Shown: in pieces, positions 28,451 through 37,421 of the stretch
How positions within the stretch are numbered: position 1 is the first letter of the stretch
Layout of the letters: the number at the start of each line of letters is the position of its first letter
Assembly: GCA_964473555.1 (NCBI GenBank)
Contig: CAYYPL010000003.1
Location: forward strand, 191,166 to 255,165
DNA: 64,000 nt
Direction: 5' to 3'
Origin: an uncultured Chitinophagales bacterium
GTDB lineage: Bacteria > Bacteroidota > Rhodothermia > Balneolales > HLUCCA01
Made by a program: the position numbers and the translations under genes
Notes under the pieces: model-generated
What the model was told of the DNA's origin: nothing
What the model saw: the letters and a program-made list of their open reading frames with translations, nothing else
Databases searched by the model: none

Positions 28451-29209
28451 ATGACTACAGAAGACCATGTGTTAAAAGAATATCCCAACGCTATGGCCGG
28501 GAGTGATGTAACAGACAAGTATCTAGGCTTCCTGTCCGACGAGTTCAAATCAGATTTGAACAAGATGTTATTTGCTACCTCGGTCTGCTCAGACGACGTC
28601 AACGTCTCAACAGATTTTCGCAGGGTGCTCAAGCGACCATTTTCGATGGGTGGTCTGGGTGGACTTCCCTTTGCCGGATACACAGGCATGGTTGCATTTG
28701 CCCACCATATTCCAGATGGTGGGGATGGGTTCGTGTTCTATGGTCCACATATCGGCATAACCCGTGATGGTAGATTAGGCAGGATGATACGACAGGGACA
28801 GAGCCACGAAACAAACAGTTGTGGTGCACTTATGCTGGCTCTGGACAGAATGAAAAATGGGGGTCATAGCCCCTTGATCGACAACGATAAACTCGACATT
28901 GAACAAATCCATCTGGAAGAAGCCTTACTACCTTTCAAAGACCGTATTCTTGGGGCCGACAATCAGGCTAAAGAGGTCACCGAAGTAGCCATGGAAGTGA
29001 TCCATCGACGGATCAAGAAGTTATCAGGAATGGCAAAGAAAGAATTTCATTGTAAACGAATCTTCTGTCTTGGCGGTGTGATCATCAACACGGATCCAGG
29101 CGAACCAGATTACGTGGATGTACGCCACTTCTCGATGTATAATGTTGAAGACCTCGAGGAGATTTATCCGATATCATTGCTCGAATCAGAGGCGTTCAAA
29201 GCGTTGTAG
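28451..29209 (+). CDS. Hypothetical protein with Cys-x-Asp ... His ... Cys-Gly motif set (possible LCIB/LCIC-like beta-carbonic-anhydrase fold)
   Basis: The SVCSDDV, YGPHIGIT and ETNSCGAL motifs are spaced like a beta-CA-type zinc site. 252 aa, no signal peptide. Confidence 0.35.
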   Translation: MTTEDHVLKEYPNAMAGSDVTDKYLGFLSDEFKSDLNKMLFATSVCSDDVNVSTDFRRVLKRPFSMGGLGGLPFAGYTGMVAFAHHIPDGGDGFVFYGPHIGITRDGRLGRMIRQGQSHETNSCGALMLALDRMKNGGHSPLIDNDKLDIEQIHLEEALLPFKDRILGADNQAKEVTEVAMEVIHRRIKKLSGMAKKEFHCKRIFCLGGVIINTDPGEPDYVDVRHFSMYNVEDLEEIYPISLLESEAFKAL

Positions 29210-29212
29210 TTT

Positions 29213-29355
29213 TAGGGAAGTAGGGAGTAGGGAGTAGGGAGTGGGTAGTAGGTAGTAGGAAGTAGGTGGGAGTTGGTATTCTCACTCCCTACTCCCCACT
29301 CCCCACTACCCACTACCCACTCCCTACTCCCCACTCCCTACTCCCCACTCCCTAC
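29213..29355. repeat. Palindromic pair of heptamer arrays (TAGGGAG-type / CTCCCTA-type)
   Basis: The left arm (29213-29272) is built of tagggag/tgggtag/taggtag units. The right arm (29283-29355) is their complement (actccct actcccc actaccc ...). It sits between convergent genes and overlaps the last codons of the 29324 gene. Confidence 0.9.
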
Positions 29356-30385
29356 ACAATAAAAGCTGATTTCGGGCTCTGACCAGGTTTTGCTGCGGAT
29401 AGTCACACGAGAAATACACATTCCCATTCAGATGGTCGGTCAAAAATCGGATTCCCATGATCAAGGCCATGTATGGTCCGGAGAACGCAATCAATTCGCG
29501 CTCCTTTTCTGTAATCCATGAATCAGCTACCTCCATATATCCCTGTAAAAAAGTCTGTTCGTAGCTCGAATTCAGCTCCATTGCACCCAGATCGGGACTA
29601 TCCTCCGGTATATTCGGCACAAGTGTTCGCAGACAATCTCCAATATCAAAGTGAATGATCCCCGGCATTACGGTATCCAAATCTACCACGCATCGGGCAT
29701 TCCCATCCCTGTCGAACATCAGATTATTGAATTTGGAGTCGTTGTGTGTAATCCGAATAGGAATACTCCCTGATTTCATAGCCCGCTCAAGAGCAATCAA
29801 CGTGTGGTAATGTCCTTCAAGTTGTTCAAATATGGGAAACAATTCGTCTACACAGGCCTTTGGAGCCTGTTTCGCTTGATGGAGCTGTTGATACCGATGT
29901 TCGAGTGAATGAAAGTACGGAATGGTTACATGCAGTTGCCGTGGATCCAGGTCAGACAGTGCCTGAGTGAATGTCGCAAATGCTTTACCAGCCTCCAGTA
30001 CCATGTCCATGTTCAAAGGTGCATGATATCCTTTCAGATGGCTTTTGAAGCCATACACACGCCAGAATGCCCCGTCTTCTGAAACATACAAGTCACCCGA
30101 TTGAGATTTCCTCAATTCGAGGGTTTCGTAGGGACTACCACTAAATTCGTTTGCTAATTTTCGGTTTATCAGGTCAATATTGCTCATTAACCCATCTATG
30201 TTGCGAAATACATTCGTATTGATCTGCTGAAGCAGCCAATCCCCATCCGGGCCAGTTACCCGAAAAGAAGTATGAATGAGCCCGGTTTTTATTTCACAAA
30301 TGGTGATATCTGCAGGTTCAATACCGCCATTTGATGATTCGTAGTACTGCCGAAGTATCTTTTGCAGGTTCAAATCAGAATTCAT
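29324..30385 (-). CDS. APH/choline-kinase-fold sugar anomeric kinase (NahK/AmgK-like)
   Basis: Phosphotransferase-family catalytic segment ITHNDSKFNNLMF...VVDLDTV (Brenner-like HxDxxxxN and DxD). The ATG at 30385 gives an 11-nt overlap with the upstream gene. Confidence 0.6.
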   Translation of the reverse strand: MNSDLNLQKILRQYYESSNGGIEPADITICEIKTGLIHTSFRVTGPDGDWLLQQINTNVFRNIDGLMSNIDLINRKLANEFSGSPYETLELRKSQSGDLYVSEDGAFWRVYGFKSHLKGYHAPLNMDMVLEAGKAFATFTQALSDLDPRQLHVTIPYFHSLEHRYQQLHQAKQAPKACVDELFPIFEQLEGHYHTLIALERAMKSGSIPIRITHNDSKFNNLMFDRDGNARCVVDLDTVMPGIIHFDIGDCLRTLVPNIPEDSPDLGAMELNSSYEQTFLQGYMEVADSWITEKERELIAFSGPYMALIMGIRFLTDHLNGNVYFSCDYPQQNLVRARNQLLLCREWGVGSGE

Positions 30386-31265
30386 CCGGATAGACCCCGG
30401 CTGCGTGCAATTCACTTAAACGTGCATGAACCGCGGCGTTATCTTCGGGATAAGTGACACCAAACCACTCACTGTCTGTGGGGACGAGCGCCACTGGCTG
30501 GCTTCTGTCGATCATTGCAGATAAGACGTGCGCGAGATAAAATTCCGATGTGCTACCGGATTCGAGTTTGGCGTAAAACCTCGCAAATTCGTCATGAATC
30601 AGAGGAAACACCTGCGGACTGAATCCCATCAGGTTCATAGATACCAGATCATCGGGCTGAAGTTCACGTTCTATACCGCCTTCTTCAGCTACGATGATGG
30701 TTCCTTTCTTAAGGATGGATTTCATCTCCTGAATACTTTTAAGTCGGCCATTTCCATCCCCTTTACACACTCCGCGAGAAACCGTTCCGTGTTCGCTAAG
30801 TGTATTTTCAAGTTTGTAACCCACGATACAGGCTCCAGGCTTGGTTGCGTCCATCGAATTTAGATAGGTGAACGCATCGTGAATCCCATCGCGCCCATAA
30901 AAGTCATCTGCATTAACGATAGCGAATGCTTCCTGAACCTCCGATTCTGCCATCCACATGGCGTGGGCAGTCCCCCATGGTTTGGTTCTGCCTTCCAGGA
31001 CCTCATATCCGGCTGGAAGTGCGGAAAGTTCCTGATACACCACTCTGATATCTATCTTACCTTCCCAGGTTTTCATCACTGACTCACGAAAAGCGGGTTC
31101 GATCTGGCGACGAATCACACAAACCACCTTATCGAATCCAGCTTGAATGGCATCATACAATGTATAATCCAGTATCAGGCGCTGAAATGGTCCAAATGTG
31201 GCAAATTGTTTCGTCCCTCCATAGCGGCTGCCCATCCCGGCAGCTAAAATTACAAGTGATGGCAT
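30375..31265 (-). CDS. Sugar-1-phosphate nucleotidyltransferase
   Basis: N-terminal ILAAGMGSRYGGTKQ (GxGxRx(n)K) and KPWGTAHA motifs. Confidence 0.7.
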   Translation of the reverse strand: MPSLVILAAGMGSRYGGTKQFATFGPFQRLILDYTLYDAIQAGFDKVVCVIRRQIEPAFRESVMKTWEGKIDIRVVYQELSALPAGYEVLEGRTKPWGTAHAMWMAESEVQEAFAIVNADDFYGRDGIHDAFTYLNSMDATKPGACIVGYKLENTLSEHGTVSRGVCKGDGNGRLKSIQEMKSILKKGTIIVAEEGGIERELQPDDLVSMNLMGFSPQVFPLIHDEFARFYAKLESGSTSEFYLAHVLSAMIDRSQPVALVPTDSEWFGVTYPEDNAAVHARLSELHAAGVYPDEF

Positions 31266-31277
31266 ATATTGAGAAAA

Positions 31278-31364
31278 GGGATTAGGGATTAGGGATTAGA
31301 GTACACGGTTCACGGTACACGGTACACAGTACACAGTACACAGTACACAGTACACAGTACACAG
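31278..31364. repeat. Tandem heptamer arrays (GGGATTA)x3 followed by (GTACACR/GTTCACG)x9
   Basis: Direct reading. The GTWCACA unit family is the same as at 17481-17571. Confidence 0.95.
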
Positions 31365-31434
31365 AAAATAGCTCATTACTTCATAACTGTAAAGTAGAAC
31401 CAACTCCCTACTTCCGACTACCTACTTCCTGTAT

Positions 31435-32784
31435 TTAAAACCCAAAAATAGGTTTTCGGGTCATCCAGTTTCCTTCCGTGAAATCGGGGATTTCTTGAGG
31501 AGCCCCGCCTTCGCGGATAGATTGTTCAGACAATGGGGTGATCACCCGCATCACTGCAGCATCGTATACGTCGATAACCGCTTCTGAATTGGCCTTAACG
31601 CACTCTACAAATTCACGATCCAAAAAGTAATCCATGCCTCCGTGTCCGCTACCTACCGCGATCTCACCGAACTCGCGCCACAGTCTGTGGTCATATTTTT
31701 CAAACCAGACATCCCACTCGTCCCATCGGTGAGACTGAGATACGCCTTCAACATGTACACGACGGGTATGATAGTCGAATTCAGCCAGACCTTTTACACC
31801 CTGGACTCTGAATCCAAGTGAATAAGGTCGCGGTAAATTCGTATCGTGGGTCAGCAAAATCGTTTCACCATTGGCTGTTGCGATCTGTGAGGTGACAATA
31901 TCCCCCAAACGCCAGTTGATGTTTTCGTAGGGGTGATTCTCTCCTCCATCCGGATGATCCACCACATACTGATTTAAGCCTCGTGCTTTGGACGCAAATG
32001 AGGATATCATCGTTAAACGGTTGCCTCGATTGACATCCAGCATGGCATTCAGCGGACCCAGGCCGTGTGTTGGATACAGCTCACCATTTCGATGAATGGA
32101 ATGTTCTGTGCGCCAGCGTGCTTCTCCGTAAGATCCTTCGCCAAAGATCAGTCCGCCTTTACCATCGTTGAATTTGACTTCACGCAAATCGTGTTGGTAT
32201 CCACCACGCAGATGGATTAATTCCCCAAAAACATGATCCCGTACCATGTTCAGTACAGCAAGAACATCCCGTCGATAGTTCACATTTTCCAGAAAGAACA
32301 AGTGAGTACCCGTTCGCTGATGCGTCCGGACCAGTTCCCAGCACTCATCCAATGAAAACGCGCCCGAGACTTCAACTCCGGTGTAAACACCTGCATTCAT
32401 GGCCGCAATGGACATTGGGGTGTGCCATTTCCAATCAGTAGAGATAATCACTCCATCCAGATCTTCTTTTTCGAGCATTTCGAGATACGCTTCCGGACTG
32501 TCACTATACACACTGGGAGCTGGTTTTCCCTTGGATGTGAACATGTCCAGGGTTCGGTTCACTGCATCCGGATCTATATCACAAATGGCAGGACATACAA
32601 CTCCAGGGTAATTCAACACATTGTTGACGTGGTTCCGACCACGAAGTCCGGTACCAATAAATCCAATCCTTACGTCCGTACGTGTGCCAGGAATCCGTGC
32701 ACCAAGAAAGGTTGGAAGTGTAAGAGTTCCTGCTGCTACAACAGAAGCCGATTGAAGAAATGTGCGTCTGGTATATGGTGCCAT
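31435..32784 (-). CDS. Gfo/Idh/MocA-fold NAD-dependent enzyme with Tat signal, GH109-like
   Basis: N-terminal RRTFLQSASVVAAG twin-arginine leader, and a Rossmann motif RIGFIGTGLRGRNH as in GH109 alpha-N-acetylgalactosaminidases. Confidence 0.55.
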   Translation of the reverse strand: MAPYTRRTFLQSASVVAAGTLTLPTFLGARIPGTRTDVRIGFIGTGLRGRNHVNNVLNYPGVVCPAICDIDPDAVNRTLDMFTSKGKPAPSVYSDSPEAYLEMLEKEDLDGVIISTDWKWHTPMSIAAMNAGVYTGVEVSGAFSLDECWELVRTHQRTGTHLFFLENVNYRRDVLAVLNMVRDHVFGELIHLRGGYQHDLREVKFNDGKGGLIFGEGSYGEARWRTEHSIHRNGELYPTHGLGPLNAMLDVNRGNRLTMISSFASKARGLNQYVVDHPDGGENHPYENINWRLGDIVTSQIATANGETILLTHDTNLPRPYSLGFRVQGVKGLAEFDYHTRRVHVEGVSQSHRWDEWDVWFEKYDHRLWREFGEIAVGSGHGGMDYFLDREFVECVKANSEAVIDVYDAAVMRVITPLSEQSIREGGAPQEIPDFTEGNWMTRKPIFGF

Positions 32785-34580
32785 TAGAATATTGCTTTAC
32801 GTAAATGTTTAAATATCAGCCAGGATGATAGTACAAAAACCAGTGTCAATACTGACCCGGTTATAAAATTCCCGTACAGGAAGCTACCGGTACCCATAAG
32901 GGCAGAATAAATACCGATACATCCTACAAAAACCATCAAAATACTGCCTGGAACACTCCATGTGCCAGAATCGGAGATCGTTTCACCGCGTACGGAGGCT
33001 TCGGTTCTGAGTTTTTGCCATCCAGGTCCACCTGGACGCGTAAGTTCATAAAAACGCTTCTGCGTTTCGTATGACTCTGGACTGGTAACATATGCTGTAA
33101 CTATCCAAACAATCGTTGTGATAGCCACTGCTAACAATAATTTCATCGTGAATCCATCCAGGTAGGCAGTGACCAGGGCTTCATCGGGAACCACAAGTAC
33201 CAAAACAAAAGCCACAATGGTACCACTGATCATGGCCACGACCTCTGTTACTGCGTTAATCCGCCACCAAAACCATCGTAACAGGTAAATACCCCCAGTT
33301 CCGGCACCTGACAATAGTAAAATATTGAACGCCTGAGTAGCGTCACGAAGTAGAAAAAGAGCCAGAAATCCGGAGAAAATCATCAAAAACACGGTCGAAA
33401 CTCGTCCCATAAACACCAATTCCCGTTCCGAGGCCTGTGGACGGATAAAACGGCTATAAAAATCGTTCACCAGATAGGATGATCCCCAGTTCAGGTGAGT
33501 ACTGATCGTTGACATATGTGCGGCGATCAGTGAAGCGGTGACTAAACCTAGCCATCCGGGAGAAAGCAGGGTCATCATGACAGGATAGGCAATGTCTTGT
33601 CCGAGGTACTGCTCATTGATATGAGGAAATACAGCCCGGATCGACTCCAGATCCGGGAACAGAATGATCGAAGACAATGCCACGATAATCCACGGCCACG
33701 GACGTAACGCATAATGTGCCACATTGAACAGAAGCGTTGCTCCAACCGCGTGATGTTCATTCTTTGCCGCTAAAATACGCTGGGCAATATATCCACCACC
33801 GCCCGGTTCTGAACCCGGGTACCACACCGCCCACCACTGCACAGCGATTGGAATGATGAACATGGTAACGAGCAGGGAAGGATGATCCATACTTGGGAAA
33901 AAATCCAGTTTACCGGCAACTGCGGGATGATCAAACAACGCGGACAGTGATCCGATTTCAGGTTGGTTGATGGCTACGTGAGCAGCATACAGGGCGCCTG
34001 TCATGGCAATTCCAAACTGGAAAAAGTCGGTCCAAATCACCCCTTTTATCCCCCCCATCGCCGAGTAAACTACGACAACAACCGAGCTTACAACAACTAC
34101 AAATAGCGGTGAGAGTCCAAACATCACCGCTCCGATTTTGATAGCTGCCAGGGTAACCGTGCCCATAATCAGGCAGTTATAGAGAATTCCGAGATACAAT
34201 GCCCTGAATGCCCTTAAAAACGAAGCCATTTTTCCGCTGTAACGGATTTCATAAAACTCGAGATCTGTAAGAACCTGAGAGCGCCGCCATAGACGTGCAT
34301 ACACAAAGACAGTGACCATTCCGGTAATGAGGAACGACCACCACGCCCAGTTTCGGGCTACACCGCCCTCACGTACGAATCCAGTGACCAGGTTTGGTGT
34401 ATCTGCAGAGAAGGTAGTTGCCACCATCGAAATACCCAGCAACCACCAAGGCATCGAGCGTCCACCCAAAAAGAACTGCTCTGGATTTTTTCCCGCGGTT
34501 TTTGATGTCCACCAACCGATTCCGAGCACAATCACAAAAAAAGTGCCCAGAATCACCCAGTCGATTCCACTCAGTAACAT
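32784..34580 (-). CDS. Sodium:solute symporter (SSS family)
   Basis: 598 aa with about 13-14 hydrophobic segments. The N-terminal region FFLGGRSMPWWLLGISMVATTFSADTP is typical of SSS carriers. Confidence 0.85.
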   Translation of the reverse strand: MLLSGIDWVILGTFFVIVLGIGWWTSKTAGKNPEQFFLGGRSMPWWLLGISMVATTFSADTPNLVTGFVREGGVARNWAWWSFLITGMVTVFVYARLWRRSQVLTDLEFYEIRYSGKMASFLRAFRALYLGILYNCLIMGTVTLAAIKIGAVMFGLSPLFVVVVSSVVVVVYSAMGGIKGVIWTDFFQFGIAMTGALYAAHVAINQPEIGSLSALFDHPAVAGKLDFFPSMDHPSLLVTMFIIPIAVQWWAVWYPGSEPGGGGYIAQRILAAKNEHHAVGATLLFNVAHYALRPWPWIIVALSSIILFPDLESIRAVFPHINEQYLGQDIAYPVMMTLLSPGWLGLVTASLIAAHMSTISTHLNWGSSYLVNDFYSRFIRPQASERELVFMGRVSTVFLMIFSGFLALFLLRDATQAFNILLLSGAGTGGIYLLRWFWWRINAVTEVVAMISGTIVAFVLVLVVPDEALVTAYLDGFTMKLLLAVAITTIVWIVTAYVTSPESYETQKRFYELTRPGGPGWQKLRTEASVRGETISDSGTWSVPGSILMVFVGCIGIYSALMGTGSFLYGNFITGSVLTLVFVLSSWLIFKHLRKAIF

Positions 34581-34782
34581 GATAAAAATTTTAATAGGTT
34601 CACATACATTGACTTACAAGCAGAAGTTGTGGAAAATTTTTATAAAGAACAATAAAGTGAAACGTGGAGCTAAGAGCAGCGGGTTGGAGAACAGATAAAA
34701 CCTTCTCATCTAATGTCACATAAAGGTATTACACTGTAACGTATGTCGTCAAAAATCAATTCTGCTTAACGTGAACTATGTA

Positions 34783-35325
34783 CTAAAATCTACCCATCCG
34801 ATATCTCTTCTGCACCACACCTTTCTCCGACTTATTCACCTCAATAAGCTTGAGTAGATGATCTTTGGAACCGTCTTTGAATAAGGGAATCCCCGTTCCA
34901 AGCAGAATCGGAATCTCGGTGATGGTGATTTCGTCGATGAGTCCAGCTTCGAGAAACTGCTGGATGTTCACACCTCCGTCAATGTAAAGATGTTCTTTTC
35001 CTTCGGAAGCGAGTGTCGACACGATTTCTGTTGGATTCCCATTCAAAACCCGCACTTTTTCCACTAATTCCGGCGGACAATCCAAATTTCTTGAGGTCAA
35101 TACAACAACTTCCGTACCCTCGTAGTACCATTTATCGAAGGTCAACGCTTTTTCGTAGGTGTTACGTCCCATAACAATAGCATCAACGGTCGAATTAAAA
35201 GCATCATATGTAAGTCCGAGCGACATGGCATCATCAAACTCAGGTCGCATCAACCACTCGATGTCACCATCGGTCCGAGCAATAAATCCATCCACACTCG
35301 TGGCAATAAAAACGGAACATTTCAT
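34783..35325 (-). CDS. Dihydrofolate-reductase-like (RibD C-terminal domain) family protein
   Basis: MKCSVFIATSVDGFIARTDGDIEWL is a typical family N-terminus. The start is moved to the internal ATG at 35325, and the upstream 39 codons look like intergenic read-through. Confidence 0.65.
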   Translation of the reverse strand: MKCSVFIATSVDGFIARTDGDIEWLMRPEFDDAMSLGLTYDAFNSTVDAIVMGRNTYEKALTFDKWYYEGTEVVVLTSRNLDCPPELVEKVRVLNGNPTEIVSTLASEGKEHLYIDGGVNIQQFLEAGLIDEITITEIPILLGTGIPLFKDGSKDHLLKLIEVNKSEKGVVQKRYRMGRF

Positions 35326-35443
35326 AATAGAAATCTGCTTAAGTCTGATTTTGTTCATGGTAAAAATATCGGATTCGCAGATTTCAGAAAAGAGAATAGG
35401 GAGAAGTGATAAGGGTAAGATTTTTCTGGTGCATCCCTGCACT

Positions 35444-36358
35444 TTAAGACCCTTCTGCCCTCTGCTTGCCCGCTAGCCTGCTTGCCCGCTCCACCGCTCC
35501 AACGCTTACCCGCTCATACAACCACACCCGAAACTCAGGCGTTGTGGGTGGAGAGTGTTTGGCACCTTTGAGTAGTTCGGACTGAAGATTGGTTATCTTG
35601 CCTTGAAGCCGGTCAATCAATGCCCCACCCGGAAACGAAATATCATGTTCGGCTGCAACCACCAGTACTGGCATGGTCAATCTGGACAATTCTTCGTCCG
35701 ACGCCAGTGGTGGGATTTTCATATTCGGATTGAAATCCAGAAATGAGTCCCCGATATAGTGCGACCAGTCATCGTCCCACGTTGTTACCAAATGCTCAAC
35801 CAACCCGCGTAGGTTTTTCTCACTCTGATTCATGCGGAATTTCATCATTGGCCAGGCCATTTTTGAGAAACCGCTTATCAAGGATCCCTGAACAATACCA
35901 GCTGGAACAATAAGAGTCAATGACTTCACACGCTCCGGATAATTCGAAGCAAATTGTCTGGACACAAATCCACCCAGACTCACTCCAAGTAAATCAAAAG
36001 AATGTAGTTTCAGCCCATCGACTACTTCGCGAAGCCACCGGGCGTGGGAATCATCCGTGTACGACAACCGAGCGGGAATCCCCTTCACCGATTGTCCCGG
36101 AATGTCAGGCGCGAGCAGGTAGTAATCCCGAGCCAAAAGACTCAGCTCCGATAACAAATGCGCCGAGCTCGTCAACATCGCATGAAGACACACTATCGGA
36201 GGCTTCGAAGGATCCCCAACTGCCAGCACATGACTGGATCCGAACGACGTTGTGACCTCAATAGACCTGGTTGGCGCATCTATTTTAACCCAAAACCGGT
36301 CATACCAACCCTGCAAACGAGTCTTTGCGGCTTCACTTTTAAAAACTGGAGTTCCCAT
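35444..36358 (-). CDS. Alpha/beta-fold hydrolase
   Basis: Nucleophile elbow LLGVSLGG and an HG-type oxyanion region (VCLHAM). The C-terminal roughly 20 codons are encoded by an octamer repeat array. Confidence 0.7.
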   Translation of the reverse strand: MGTPVFKSEAAKTRLQGWYDRFWVKIDAPTRSIEVTTSFGSSHVLAVGDPSKPPIVCLHAMLTSSAHLLSELSLLARDYYLLAPDIPGQSVKGIPARLSYTDDSHARWLREVVDGLKLHSFDLLGVSLGGFVSRQFASNYPERVKSLTLIVPAGIVQGSLISGFSKMAWPMMKFRMNQSEKNLRGLVEHLVTTWDDDWSHYIGDSFLDFNPNMKIPPLASDEELSRLTMPVLVVAAEHDISFPGGALIDRLQGKITNLQSELLKGAKHSPPTTPEFRVWLYERVSVGAVERASRLAGKQRAEGS

Positions 36359-36390
36359 GATTGCTTTATCGAAATAAATTGCGATTTAAG

Positions 36391-36684
36391 TTATTTATCA
36401 AACTCTTTACCAAGAAGTCTCCTAGTATGCCATATTGTCAATAACTCAATGTGGCTAGGTTTCAATTCATAAATTAGTCGATAGTTCCCATGAATCAATT
36501 CCCTAACATCCGATTGATCAAACTCTGATACAACTCTTCCACTTTCAGGATGCTCTCGGAGTAGGTCTATGTGTTCGAATACTCCATCAGACCAATTCAA
36601 TGCCGTAACCAGATCATCCAAAGCTATATAGTCAATACACTCTTCCAGTTTTTCGACGAACTTTTTTGAAAGAACTACTTCCAC
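36391..36684 (-). CDS. parE: Type II toxin, ParE/RelE family
   Basis: 97 aa with a family-like C-terminal segment (NYRLIYELKPSHIELLTIWHTRR). There is a 10-nt overlap with the upstream antitoxin gene. Confidence 0.75.
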   Translation of the reverse strand: MEVVLSKKFVEKLEECIDYIALDDLVTALNWSDGVFEHIDLLREHPESGRVVSEFDQSDVRELIHGNYRLIYELKPSHIELLTIWHTRRLLGKEFDK

Positions 36685-36959
36685 TTAGCTAGATGCTCAT
36701 TAATTCGTGCACGAGCCTGCTCCACGGAATAAACCTCACCCCGCTCGATTTGTTCCTTAGCTTCAAGCAAATCTTCCAAAAGTTCAAGGCGCTCTGTAAT
36801 CCGGTCAAACTCACTAACATCCATTAATACTGCCGCACTTTTTCCGTGCTGAGTCAGGACAATCGGCTGCTTATCTCGTTTCAAACGTTTAATAAAATCT
36901 GCTGAATTCGTTCGAAAATCAGACAACGGTTCGATATCTCTTGCTACAGAAACTTTCAT
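36675..36959 (-). CDS. Type II antitoxin, Phd/YefM family
   Basis: 94 aa. The segment LSDFRTNSADFIKRLKRDKQPIVLTQHGKSAAVLMDVSEFD matches the Phd/YefM N-domain pattern. Confidence 0.8.
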   Translation of the reverse strand: MKVSVARDIEPLSDFRTNSADFIKRLKRDKQPIVLTQHGKSAAVLMDVSEFDRITERLELLEDLLEAKEQIERGEVYSVEQARARINEHLAKWK

Positions 36960-37120
36960 AATAAGTATTTATTTGGTATTAATAAGGACTTCTAATGTAC
37001 CATTGAACAACTTAATGTGCAACTTTATAACCAGCTTAACTCTAGTGATATTAATTACCAGCTACAGTCGAATCAAGGACTTTCATTCCTAAATTTGTGT
37101 AGCACTTGCTTTGCAAGTAT

Positions 37121-37221
37121 GTAAACGGACTTGAGTAAACAGAATTGGATTACAAACACAAGTGGCAAAGCCACGCAGTCTTTGAATGAAAATCAAGAGG
37201 CGGAGCCGAGTGAAAACTGCC
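37121..37221 (-). repeat. About 100-nt structured intergenic repeat element, copy B (inverted)
   Basis: The reverse complement aligns with copy A: GCAGTTTTCACTCGGCTCCGCCTCTTGATTTTCATTCAAAGACTGCGTGGCTTTGCCACTTGTGTTTGTAATCCAATTC. Confidence 0.9.
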
Positions 37222-37421
37222 ATACTCTTCTTCCTTTGCCCTCTTTGACCCCTATTTCCTGCTCCACTGCTCCCCGCTCCACCGCTCTACTGTTCCACCG
37301 CTCCACCCACTACCACGAAAAAAGACTTGTATTGTTTATTCTATTCACAATTTTGCATACATATTCGTAATATGAATATGAAGCATGAATTCCTAACCTT
37401 AAGAACAACCCGCTCGCCCGA

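Noticed and set aside
35326-35442. The N-terminal extension of the RibD_C/DHFR-like ORF. Similar extensions were noted at 43764-43817 (TBDR), 24458-24511 (rsmF), 48875-48919 (lon) and 44958-44987 (S51).
   Set aside because: In each case an internal ATG gives a canonical family N-terminus or signal peptide, and the upstream codons overlap regulatory or repeat sequence.
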